Positions 55,673 through 64,000 of a stretch of 64,000 nt of DNA are shown here, in pieces. The stretch spans positions 1,150,063-1,214,062 of the forward strand of contig CAXXWH010000002.1 of assembly GCA_963678145.2 (NCBI GenBank), written 5' to 3'. The position numbers and the translations under genes were made by a program. The notes under the pieces are model-generated. The model did no database searches and was not told the DNA's origin. It saw nothing but the letters and a program-made list of their open reading frames with translations. This stretch comes from Arcobacteraceae bacterium. Its GTDB lineage: Bacteria > Campylobacterota > Campylobacteria > Campylobacterales > Arcobacteraceae. Position 1 is the stretch's first letter, and each line of letters starts with the position of its first letter.

Positions 55673-57991
55673 ATGAAGCAGAATATTTTAATTGTAGACG
55701 ATCAGGCAGAAAATATAGATATCTTATATGACCTTTTAAGTGAAAAATATGATATTAGCGCAACTACAAGCCCCAAGAACTTTATAAAGATATTCAACCA
55801 CAGAATACCGGATCTTATACTTTTAGATATTATGATGCCCGAAATTGACGGTTATGAGATCTTAAGGGAACTGAAAAAGATAGATCCGCTTATAGATATT
55901 CCCGTTATCTTCGTAACGGCAAAGAATGATCCCCTTTCGGAAGAAAAGGGTTTTAAACTCGGAGCCGTTGATTATATATCAAAACCTTTCAATCCCGTTA
56001 TTCTAAAAGCAAGGATTAAAACACACCTTGCACTAAGGGAAAAAAACCTTAAACTTGAAGAGATGATAAGCAAAAAAGATGCGGAGATCCTAAATAATAA
56101 ATTCAACAATCTTTTAAATAACATCGACCAGGGTGTATTATCATTCGATCTTGACCTGAATATTGAAAAGGGCTACTCAAAAAAAACCTTAAGCTTTTTT
56201 AAAAAAGAGGAACTTAACTCAAAAAAGATCGATGAACTGCTTTTTAAAGACCTGAAACACGAAAAAAAGATATTCAACAAAGCCATAAATATGCTTAAAA
56301 GCAACCATGAACCTTCCTATGTCCAGATGTGTCTGTCTATTTTGCCGAAAGAGATATTTTTAGACGGGAAATACATCAAACTTGAATACAAAGCCCTGCC
56401 AAAGAAAAAATTTATACTTATACTTGAAGATATCACGGAAACAAAAGAACTTGAACAGAAAATAAGCATGCAGCAGCAGACCCAGAAAATGATCGTTGCC
56501 ATTGCATCAAACAGGGATGAGTTCCTTGAGTTAAAAAAGGATTTTGAGGATTTTGTCCAAAATGTGGAATTTACCCTTAAATCAAATAACGACAATATGA
56601 TATTTTTAAGGCACCTTCATACCTTCAAAGGACTGTTTGCACAAAAAGAACTTAACTTTATCGTCGAAACAATCCATGCCCTGGAAACAAAAATAAAAGA
56701 TATAGAAGTAACCGACGATGAATCAAGAAAAAAGATCATAAACACTGTCAAAGAAGCTGATCTTCTTTCAAACTTCGATAAAGATCTTCAAAGCGCCACG
56801 CAGATACTTGGGAAAGAGTATTTCGAGAATACCACAAAAAACTTCAAAGCCAATGCTATAAAAAACATAGAAAAAAAGATAAAGCTGATACTTGAACACA
56901 ATATAATGATAGACCCTAAAATACTGCAGAATATACTTGATGATATATTAAGCTTGAATCTAACTCCCCTTTATACGCAATTTATCAGCTACCCCTCACT
57001 TGTGGCAAAAACCGCCGACAATCTGGGCAAAAAGATATACCCCATGAAGATAAAAGGGGATCATACGATATTGGTACCTGCAGAATTCAAGAACTTTACG
57101 AAAACACTTATACATATATACAGAAATTGTGTAGACCACGGAATAGAAGATCCCGACACAAGGGATATATTCTATAAAGATGAATACGGAACTATTGAAA
57201 CGAACTTTTTTATTTATGAGAAAAAACTCATTATCGAGATAAGCGACGACGGTTCCGGTATAAATATAAACAAGGTGATCGACAAGGCGCTGAAAAGCAA
57301 TGCAGTTACCAAAGAAAAAATAGAAGAACTAAGCGAAAATGAAAAGCTTATGCTTATTTTCCATGACAGAGTAAGCACAAGAGACGAAGTAAGCCATATC
57401 TCGGGAAGAGGTGTCGGCTTAAGCGCCGTAAAAGAGGAACTTGAAAAACTAAACGGCCGTATAGAGATAGAAAACCAACCCGTGCAGGGCGTAATGTTCA
57501 GATTTATCATACCACTTGAATTGAAGAACGAAAACCAGCACGAGATAGATATTATCGTACAACAAGCGGTTTCATACTTTAAAGACAGCCTCTTCCTTAA
57601 TATAAAATCGATTGAGGAACTTGAACATTACTCACCAAAAAGTAATATTGCCGTACTTGATTTCACAAACGACCTTGATGCGACATCCACTATAGAACTT
57701 GAAGAGGAGCTGTTCAACTATCTTTCTTCCGTAATGCTTCCCGAAGGTTTCAGCAGCAGTGAGATAGAAGTTATGAAACCTGAGATCCCCAAAGAGATAT
57801 TAAATACCTTTGCGGGGCTTGCTATAAACGATTTTAAACAGCTTGACTATAAAACAATAGGGATCACCACTCCATCAATCATTAGTAAAGATAATTATGA
57901 TAGAATTATTAATAACTCAGATTTTAAAAAATTTGTAAAGATACAAACAAATAAAGGAAGCTTTATTTGTTCATTTGTCAAAAAGAAATAA
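55673..57991 (+). CDS. Multidomain signalling protein: REC, PAS-like region, Hpt, CheA-type ATPase (P4-like), CheX/CheC-like C-terminal domain
   Basis: 772 aa. REC (ILIVDDQAEN...[13 protein letters not shown]), Hpt His (LRHLHTFKGLFA), CheA-like N-box (HIYRNCVDHGIEDPDTR), G1 DDGSGIN and G2 GRGVGLSAVKEELEKLNG. The C-terminus carries E-X2-N-X22-P (EILN + 22 residues + P), the CheC/CheX/FliY phosphatase motif. Confidence 0.8.
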   Translation: MKQNILIVDDQAENIDILYDLLSEKYDISATTSPKNFIKIFNHRIPDLILLDIMMPEIDGYEILRELKKIDPLIDIPVIFVTAKNDPLSEEKGFKLGAVDYISKPFNPVILKARIKTHLALREKNLKLEEMISKKDAEILNNKFNNLLNNIDQGVLSFDLDLNIEKGYSKKTLSFFKKEELNSKKIDELLFKDLKHEKKIFNKAINMLKSNHEPSYVQMCLSILPKEIFLDGKYIKLEYKALPKKKFILILEDITETKELEQKISMQQQTQKMIVAIASNRDEFLELKKDFEDFVQNVEFTLKSNNDNMIFLRHLHTFKGLFAQKELNFIVETIHALETKIKDIEVTDDESRKKIINTVKEADLLSNFDKDLQSATQILGKEYFENTTKNFKANAIKNIEKKIKLILEHNIMIDPKILQNILDDILSLNLTPLYTQFISYPSLVAKTADNLGKKIYPMKIKGDHTILVPAEFKNFTKTLIHIYRNCVDHGIEDPDTRDIFYKDEYGTIETNFFIYEKKLIIEISDDGSGININKVIDKALKSNAVTKEKIEELSENEKLMLIFHDRVSTRDEVSHISGRGVGLSAVKEELEKLNGRIEIENQPVQGVMFRFIIPLELKNENQHEIDIIVQQAVSYFKDSLFLNIKSIEELEHYSPKSNIAVLDFTNDLDATSTIELEEELFNYLSSVMLPEGFSSSEIEVMKPEIPKEILNTFAGLAINDFKQLDYKTIGITTPSIISKDNYDRIINNSDFKKFVKIQTNKGSFICSFVKKK

Positions 57992-58000
57992 GGAAAAATT

Positions 58001-58366
58001 ATGTTAAAAGTATTAGTAGTAGATGACTCCGTTATTCTAAGAAAAGCTATAATAAGTTTGCTCGGCGAACTTGGACATGAGGGCATAGGTGAAGCGGGAA
58101 GCGGCTATGAAGCGATACATGAATATAAAAGATTACATCCTGATCTTGTTACTATGGATATAACAATGCCTGGAGTCCAGGGGATACATGACGGTGTAGA
58201 AGCACTAAAAGAGATAATGAAAATAGACCCCGAGGCAAATGTGATAATGGTTACTTCCCACGGGGAAGAAGAGCTTGTCTTGGATGCCATAGATGCAGGG
58301 GCAAAAGGTTATATACTAAAACCTATCACAAAAGAGAAAATAGAAACAATATTGAAAAAATTCTAA
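58001..58366 (+). CDS. CheY-like single-domain response regulator
   Basis: 121 aa (VLVVDDSVILRK...LVTMDITMPG...VTSHG...YILKP). Starts 9 nt after the preceding gene. Confidence 0.9.
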   Translation: MLKVLVVDDSVILRKAIISLLGELGHEGIGEAGSGYEAIHEYKRLHPDLVTMDITMPGVQGIHDGVEALKEIMKIDPEANVIMVTSHGEEELVLDAIDAGAKGYILKPITKEKIETILKKF

Positions 58367-58386
58367 TTCATCCGATAAAACAGAAT

Positions 58387-58422
58387 AAAAAAAGGCAAGG
58401 GATAAATACCCTTGCCTTTTTT
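58387..58422. terminator. Bidirectional rho-independent terminator
   Basis: A-run, GGCAAGGG (58394-58401), 7-nt loop, CCCTTGCC (58409-58416), T-run. Lies between the convergent cheY-like gene and argG. Confidence 0.85.
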
Positions 58423-58443
58423 ATTTGAAAAGAAAAAGTAAAA

Positions 58444-59685
58444 CTATTTACCTTTTCTTGTATGACCTTCAATGATAAATCTAAGAGCATTAAGCCTGAT
58501 GAACCCTTCCGCATCTTTCTGGTTATAAACTTCATCAGCCTCAAATGTAGAGTGCTCTTCAGAATATAAAGATTTAGGCGAAGTTCTACCGACAACAATA
58601 ACGTTACCTTTGTAAAGTTTAACCTTTACTTCACCTTCAACATTCTTTTGAGTTTCGTCAATTGCCGCTTGCATCATTTTTCTCTCAGGAGAGAACCAGT
58701 AACCGTTATAGATAAGCTCTGCGTATTTAGCGATAAATCCGTCTTTCATATGAGCTTCTTCTCTATCCAGACAAATAGATTCGATGGCTCTGTGGGCTTT
58801 AAGCATAATAGTCCCGCCCGGAGTTTCATAACAACCTCTGGCTTTCATACCGACATATCTGTTCTCAACTATATCGATTCTTCCGATACCGTGTTTGTTA
58901 CCAAGCTCGTTTAGTTTTGTCAGTATTGTAGCAGGAGACATTTTCTCACCGTTAATAGCTACCGGGTCACCGTTTTCATAAGAGATAGTGATATATTCTG
59001 CCTCATCGGGTGCCTCTTCAGGAGAGTTTGTCCATAACCACATAGACTCTTCAGGCTCGTTGTTTGGATTTTCAAGATGTAATCCCTCGTAAGAGATATG
59101 TAAAAGATTTGCATCCATAGAGTAAGGGCTTACGGCAGGATTACCGTTCTCGTCAAGGTGTTTTTGGGCGATCTCTATACCGTGTTCTTTTGCATATGCA
59201 AGCAGTTTTTCCCTGGAGTTTAGATCCCACTCTCTCCATGGAGCGATAACAGTAATATCAGGATTTAATCCTAAATATCCAAGCTCGAATCTTACCTGGT
59301 CGTTACCTTTTCCCGTAGCACCGTGTGCAACAGCATCCGCACCCATTTTATTGGCAATCTCGATCTGTTTTTTAGCGATAAGCGGTCTTGCAATAGAAGT
59401 TCCAAGAAGATACTCACCCTCGTAAATAGCATTTGCTCTGAACATCGGGAATACATATTCTTTTACAAACTCCTCTTTTATATCCAGGATAAATATATTT
59501 TCAGGTTTGATTCCACAGTCAAGCGCTTTTTGTCTTGCAGGTTCTACCTCTTCACCCTGTCCAAGATCGGCAGTGAATGTAATAACCTCTGCATTGTACT
59601 CTTCCTGAAGCCATTTTAATATAATAGATGTATCAAGCCCTCCACTGTAAGCTAATACAACTTTTTTAACCTCTTTTTTACTCAT
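58444..59685 (-). CDS. argG: Argininosuccinate synthase
   Basis: 413 aa with N-terminal ATP-binding AYSGGLDTS and ArgG-typical sequence throughout. Confidence 0.95.
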   Translation of the reverse strand: MSKKEVKKVVLAYSGGLDTSIILKWLQEEYNAEVITFTADLGQGEEVEPARQKALDCGIKPENIFILDIKEEFVKEYVFPMFRANAIYEGEYLLGTSIARPLIAKKQIEIANKMGADAVAHGATGKGNDQVRFELGYLGLNPDITVIAPWREWDLNSREKLLAYAKEHGIEIAQKHLDENGNPAVSPYSMDANLLHISYEGLHLENPNNEPEESMWLWTNSPEEAPDEAEYITISYENGDPVAINGEKMSPATILTKLNELGNKHGIGRIDIVENRYVGMKARGCYETPGGTIMLKAHRAIESICLDREEAHMKDGFIAKYAELIYNGYWFSPERKMMQAAIDETQKNVEGEVKVKLYKGNVIVVGRTSPKSLYSEEHSTFEADEVYNQKDAEGFIRLNALRFIIEGHTRKGK

Positions 59686-59754
59686 AGTTTCTCCATATTG
59701 ATTAATCTATATTTTTTGGGATTATACCCTAAAGTTCATTAAAATCTGCACAAA

Positions 59755-61152
59755 TCATTCATCATTGATTTTTGAAATTGCTCTTTCCACAAGCTCGTTT
59801 GGCAGCTGCTTGGCAGGTGCGATATTCGCTTTATCCTTAAATACCTCTATCTGCCTTATGATATTATCTTTTCCCTTATACAACTTGCCGTAGGCATCAT
59901 CGTAGCTTTTCTGGGTAGCGGAAAGGTGTTTCCCAACCTTGTCAAGATCCTCCACGAAACTTCTGACCTTGGAGTAAAGCTTCTCCGACAGTCTCACCAC
60001 CTCCTGGGTGCTTTGTGCCTGCCTTTCATACCTCCAGCTGTTCTCTATCGCTTTTAACGCCACTACTAAAGTTGTGGGGCTTACAAGCACTATTTTCTTT
60101 TTAAAGGCTTTGTCAAAAAGTGTAGTGTCGTTCTCAAGGGCAAGCATCAAGGCACTCTCAATAGGAACGAACATAAAAATAAAATCCAAAGAATTAACCC
60201 CTTGAAGCTTCTCGTATTTCTTTTGGGCAAGAGAATCGATATGCCTGTTTATAGATGCAAGATGGGCATTTAAATATAAACTTTTCTGTTCCTCAGGGGA
60301 ACTTAAATACTGTTCATATGCACTTAGACTTGTTTTTGCATCTATTATTATATCCCTGTTTTCAGGCAGTTTTACTATCACATCGGGTCTGTAGACCTTG
60401 CCGCTTTCATCTTTTAACACCTCTTCTCTTATATACTCCTGCCCGTCTCTTAAGCCAGAATTCTCAAGTACCTTCTCAAGTACCATCTCACCCCATGACC
60501 CTTGGGTCTTTGACTCCCCCTTCAACGCATTTGTAAGGTTAACGGCATCCGTACTTATCTGCTGGTTTAGTTCTTTTAAGGTCTTCAGCTCATGCTGCAG
60601 GGCGCTCCTGTCTTTTGCCTCCTTGTCATAAACATCCTCGACTTTCTTTTTAAATTCACTTAACTGCTGCTTCATGGGGCTTAATACAAGCTCCAGGTTT
60701 TCTTTGTTCTGTTCGCTTATTTTTTTGCTGTTTGAGTCAAGAACTTTGGAAGCCAGAAGGGTAAACTGCTCTTTTATCTTCTCTTCGCTGTTTTTAAGCA
60801 TCTGCAGTTTTTCGTTTATGCTTTTTTCCTGCTCTGAGAGTTTTGTCTGAAGTTTTGAAATATAAGACTTGTCACTGTTTGATATATCCTGCAGCTGTTT
60901 AAGCTGCAACTCTTTTTGATTTAACAGTTCCGTTTTTTCATATAAAACAGATTTGGCATTTTCAAGCTGAGTTGAAAGCCTGGTATTGCTTATCTGTTCG
61001 TTTTGCATACGGTTTTTCAATATATCTATCTGCTGTACTAAAGTATCGTTCTGTAAGCTTAATAGGCGGTTCTTTTTATAAAATATATAAATTGCACCGC
61101 CAAACAGCGTAACCAAAATACCTGCTAAAATCTCTACAATAATCAATGTCAT
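59755..61152 (-). CDS. rmuC: DNA recombination protein RmuC
   Basis: 465 aa with an N-terminal TM helix, a long coiled coil and a C-terminal RmuC nuclease-like domain (RPDVIVKLPENRDIIIDAKTSL). Confidence 0.9.
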   Translation of the reverse strand: MTLIIVEILAGILVTLFGGAIYIFYKKNRLLSLQNDTLVQQIDILKNRMQNEQISNTRLSTQLENAKSVLYEKTELLNQKELQLKQLQDISNSDKSYISKLQTKLSEQEKSINEKLQMLKNSEEKIKEQFTLLASKVLDSNSKKISEQNKENLELVLSPMKQQLSEFKKKVEDVYDKEAKDRSALQHELKTLKELNQQISTDAVNLTNALKGESKTQGSWGEMVLEKVLENSGLRDGQEYIREEVLKDESGKVYRPDVIVKLPENRDIIIDAKTSLSAYEQYLSSPEEQKSLYLNAHLASINRHIDSLAQKKYEKLQGVNSLDFIFMFVPIESALMLALENDTTLFDKAFKKKIVLVSPTTLVVALKAIENSWRYERQAQSTQEVVRLSEKLYSKVRSFVEDLDKVGKHLSATQKSYDDAYGKLYKGKDNIIRQIEVFKDKANIAPAKQLPNELVERAISKINDE

Positions 61153-61235
61153 ATTATTCCTGTCAATTGTTCTTTATTTAATAGGGATTATAACTTATTT
61201 TATTAATTTTTTGTTTGTAGATTGCAATTTGCAAT

Positions 61236-62540
61236 CTATAAATTAGATATCAACTGTTTTATAATTTCACCCAAATAGTCCACATTTAAACCATTTCTTT
61301 CTCTTCTTTCTTTTATTATCTCTAAATTATTTGCCGTAGTTTCAAGCTCCCAATCAGCTCTTTTGGAAGCTGCCACATCACTTAAAATATTTACGGCATT
61401 TTCTTTATCGTTTTTTAATACATACAATTCCAGTAAAGTCGCATGATCCCAGTAATCACAACTTTTTTTCATCTTTTGTTTTACAGCATAAAGCACCACA
61501 GGATATATTTCGTCAAATCTTTTATCTCCTATTATATCCATAAGTGTAAGTGCATTTACTCCGGGATATGCATCCCTGAAGTCTGCTTCAAACCCGTCAA
61601 GATAAGTATCAATAGCTTTATTTAAAAATCCTTTTGCAAGCAGTTCACCTTTCTCCAAAGCTCTTGTATATTTATCTTTATATACCCTTCCCAATATCCC
61701 GCAGGTTTCGCTGCTCTTTCCATGATCTTTTATCACATCTTCTAAAACGTTTATGGCCTTATCCTGATTGCCTATTCTATTAAGGGCAAATCCAAGCTGC
61801 TCTTGCACCATAACAGTTTGAGTTAGAGGTTTCGGCATCTCATCTACTAAAGCTATCATCTCATTATAAGCTTTTAGCTCACGGTATGATAAAAACAAGT
61901 CAATTAAAACTCCCGATTCAATATTTTTCAAATCACCCAGCTCTTTTTCGATAGCTTTCAACTCTTCTTTAGAGTCCTTGGCTCTTGCATTAGAAAGTTT
62001 ATCTTTTATATTTTTTGAATATTCTATCTGCTCCCTGAATATATCTGTTTTTATATGCTCTATATTTGAAGGCTGAATACCTTCAACCAGTTGAAAAAGA
62101 GGAGAGTCTGTATGTTTATTCTCTTTTGCATATAAAAGCTTCTTTACCAGTTTTTCTTTTAGTATATCTATATCTTTTAATTCCCTGCTATAAGGAAGTG
62201 ATCGTAAAAAACTCACATCAAAAGGTAAAAAGCTTTTATCCTCAAAAACGGTTATAGTGCTGTGAGGCCTTACTGCATGACGAATACCAAGTTCATAAAA
62301 TACATTTGCATTTAGTATGCTAAGATCAGCCACCGCATACTCACAAAGCATAAGCCTCTCATACATGGGCTTATGTATCACTCCTCCTGCCATCTCTTCG
62401 TCTGCTCTTATTGGCTCCAGGTCAGCAGCAACTATGGAGGGCTTTATAAACTTTTCATAAACTTTATCAAAATCTATTTCATTTCCATTTTGATCTTTTT
62501 TCCTGCCAAAAGGCATAAGTACAAAGCATAAGGGTTTCAT
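61236..62540 (-). CDS. Rossmann-like (nucleoside 2-deoxyribosyltransferase/TIR-like) N-terminal domain fused to TPR-like helical repeats (DUF4071-type)
   Basis: 434 aa. N-terminus CFVLMPFGRKKD ... YAVADLSILNANVFYELGIRHA. The C-terminal 300 aa or so are helical repeats. Domain naming is from memory of similarly annotated proteins. Confidence 0.65.
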   Translation of the reverse strand: MKPLCFVLMPFGRKKDQNGNEIDFDKVYEKFIKPSIVAADLEPIRADEEMAGGVIHKPMYERLMLCEYAVADLSILNANVFYELGIRHAVRPHSTITVFEDKSFLPFDVSFLRSLPYSRELKDIDILKEKLVKKLLYAKENKHTDSPLFQLVEGIQPSNIEHIKTDIFREQIEYSKNIKDKLSNARAKDSKEELKAIEKELGDLKNIESGVLIDLFLSYRELKAYNEMIALVDEMPKPLTQTVMVQEQLGFALNRIGNQDKAINVLEDVIKDHGKSSETCGILGRVYKDKYTRALEKGELLAKGFLNKAIDTYLDGFEADFRDAYPGVNALTLMDIIGDKRFDEIYPVVLYAVKQKMKKSCDYWDHATLLELYVLKNDKENAVNILSDVAASKRADWELETTANNLEIIKERRERNGLNVDYLGEIIKQLISNL

Positions 62541-62549
62541 AAGTATCCT

Positions 62550-63301
62550 TTAAATTATTCTTTTTATTCTATCAATAACTTGCTTTAGTAAATCATCTTT
62601 ATCTTTCCAGACTATATGGGGAAACTGTCTTGTATCAAAAGGCATATCATCTTTATGATCTTCCTGGCAGGTCCAGATAACAGGTATATTCATCCCCATA
62701 GCAAAACCTACTTCAAAATATACGCTATTTCGATGATTTGCCACATCTGCTATAACTATTCTGGAAGTTTTTAGTTTTACTATTATCTCATCATTTATAG
62801 ATTTATTGTGTTCAACATTATCTTGGTTTACAACAACATATTCAAAACCTTCAGCTGCTTTTTTAAACAATTGTTTAAATTCAATAAAATCTTTTATCTA
62901 ACATTTTGATAAAATTGTTTGATTAAACCACCATTCTTCTTTCTCTAAATCATCTTTAGTATACAAAACTTCATATTTATTAATTTTTCTGAACAACCAT
63001 GTAAAAAATTCATCATCAAATCAAATTTTTCTTTTATTTTTTTATCTCTTTGATTTAATATTTCTTCGAATTTCTTTTCATTTATTTTTGGTTCAACATC
63101 TTCAAAATCATTTTCTTCTGTTATTCAACTTGAAACTTTATAAAAGTTTGATATATCTTCATTCATTAATTGAGGTAAAAACTTTTTTAAATAATACTTA
63201 TCACATCTAGAACAATCAATAAACTCATAACCATCATATTTTGTCTTTTGTTTAATATTAGCCGTATTTTTTCTACAGATTGGACAATCTTCTTCACTCA
63301 T
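62550..63301 (-). pseudogene. Decayed gene: N-terminal zinc-ribbon + C-terminal nucleoside 2-deoxyribosyltransferase-like domain
   Basis: My reading from ATG 63301-63299: MSEEDCPICRKN...CSRCDKYY... It is interrupted by an in-frame TGA (63125-63127), a frame change at a T6 run (A6 at 63003-63008 on the plus strand) and an in-frame TAG (62898-62900). It then continues into the 106-aa ORF of the track (RIVIADVANHRNSVYFEVGFAMGMNIPVIW). Confidence 0.6.
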
Positions 63302-64000
63302 TATATTTCTTTTTCCACTATTAAAACAACATTATCAAATGACAATGAATTATTTCCTTGACTAAATTTTTTTGTAATATCATTATATTTAGAATTAACT
63401 TTATATTGTTTTCCAATTTTTGGTTTCGATTCATTAATATATTCTTCAATAATATTTTTATTCAATAATATTTTTATATATCGTATTAAATGTTTTTGTT
63501 TAAATCTATCTTGTTTTTGAGGATAAAAATTTCCATTTTTATAAAATTGTTTAAATAAAAGCTCTAAATCTTCTCTCAAAGATCGTCTTTTTTCTTTTTG
63601 TTCCTTTTTACTTTTTTTTATTAAATCTTCTATTTCAATTATATTACAATCAATAAACTGTTCTGGATTTACATTTATAGATATGTCTTTATTTGGTTTT
63701 AAAGACTTAAAGATACATTCTTTAAATTTTGTATCGTCTGAGATATTGCATTCCCAAAAATATTCATAATTTTCAAAATAACAATTAATTAATTCTTTGT
63801 CTTTAAAATTAAAAATTGGTTTTACTTTATCATTGGTATATAGATCAATTATACTAAGATTTTTTATTTCTTTATCACAACCAAATAAGGATTCTAATAA
63901 TTCAGTACAATTAATGTTATCGATTTTTTTAGATTGTTTTAACAAAACAAGTAAAAATATGAATATAGATGATATTCTCTGCCTTTTAATAATAGTTTTA
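63301..64000 (-). CDS. Hypothetical protein, 5' end probably outside the window
   Basis: The track calls a TTG start at 63945, but the frame stays open to position 64000 and the extra residues include a hydrophobic stretch (ISSIFIFLLVLL). The stop overlaps the pseudogene ATG (TAATG). Very AT-rich with no recognisable domain. Confidence 0.45.
   Translation of the reverse strand, partial: KTIIKRQRISSIFIFLLVLLKQSKKIDNINCTELLESLFGCDKEIKNLSIIDLYTNDKVKPIFNFKDKELINCYFENYEYFWECNISDDTKFKECIFKSLKPNKDISINVNPEQFIDCNIIEIEDLIKKSKKEQKEKRRSLREDLELLFKQFYKNGNFYPQKQDRFKQKHLIRYIKILLNKNIIEEYINESKPKIGKQYKVNSKYNDITKKFSQGNNSLSFDNVVLIVEKEI

Noticed and set aside
61218-61238. Perfect 8-bp hairpin TAGATTGC-AATTT-GCAATCTA that begins on the stop codon of the 434-aa gene
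   Set aside because: I considered it as the terminator of the islet genes, but on the minus strand it is followed by an A-rich rather than U-rich tract. It may be a protein site or an islet boundary. There is not enough evidence to call either.
63125-63127. In-frame TGA as possible selenocysteine or Trp recoding
   Set aside because: TGA is used as a normal stop elsewhere in the window, for example in the MATE gene. No SECIS-like hairpin follows. The same gene also has a frameshift and a TAG, so decay is the simpler reading.
1-64000. Scan for CRISPR arrays, tRNA/rRNA genes, transposases, integrases, reverse transcriptases and prophage genes
   Set aside because: I saw no regularly spaced direct repeats, no GC-rich cloverleaf-sized intergenic segments, and no ORF with the corresponding catalytic motifs. 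Intergenic regions are short and AT-rich.

Overview
AT-rich chromosomal segment whose gene content looks like a marine or halotolerant member of the Campylobacterota. The taxon is an inference from split GlyS beta, tatB-tatC-queA, AHQW(R/M)QP-type sensor kinases, HDOD, an atypical OmpR-like regulator and a 280-aa FBPase; no search was possible. Gene density is high and I saw no rRNA, tRNA, CRISPR array, transposase or integrase. Layout: (1) 0.2-7.5 kb, oxaloacetate/PEP node (oadGAB, pckA, mobB, fbp). (2) 7.5-17 kb, housekeeping (HDOD, glyS operon, djlA, tatBC, queA, MATE). (3) 17-30 kb, a BacNaV-type channel with a CaV-like filter, two orphan sensor kinases plus a binding protein, a UDG-family gene, and photolyase with a DUF523-DUF1722 gene and a free-standing hydrophobic micro-gene between them. 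(4) 30.5-38 kb, an unusually extended ectoine operon, ectA-ectB-ectC-(100 aa)-(atypical response regulator)-ectD-(78 aa MCP-tip-like mini-protein)-ask-(MotE-like)-(TPR). It is preceded by three phased TTACAT/ATGTAA palindromes and a divergent MerR gene. (5) 38-48 kb, an Aer-like PAS gene coupled to a NIT-domain MCP, then Kef-type and NhaA antiporters, a PAS kinase, an MltC-like gene and a second MCP. (6) 48.4-58.4 kb, a signalling block: HD-GYP regulator, RpfC-like hybrid kinase, degenerate-GGDEF/EAL protein, and a divergent REC-Hpt-CheA-like-CheX-like fusion with a CheY. (7) argG and rmuC, then a visibly more AT-rich islet (61.2-64 kb). It holds two Rossmann-like (nucleoside 2-deoxyribosyltransferase/TIR-like) genes, one decayed to a pseudogene, and an unknown gene running off the window. 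The best candidates for something undescribed are the MCP-tip mini-protein and regulators inside the ect operon, the kinase-phosphatase fusion, the 61-64 kb islet, and the micro-gene at 26.7 kb.
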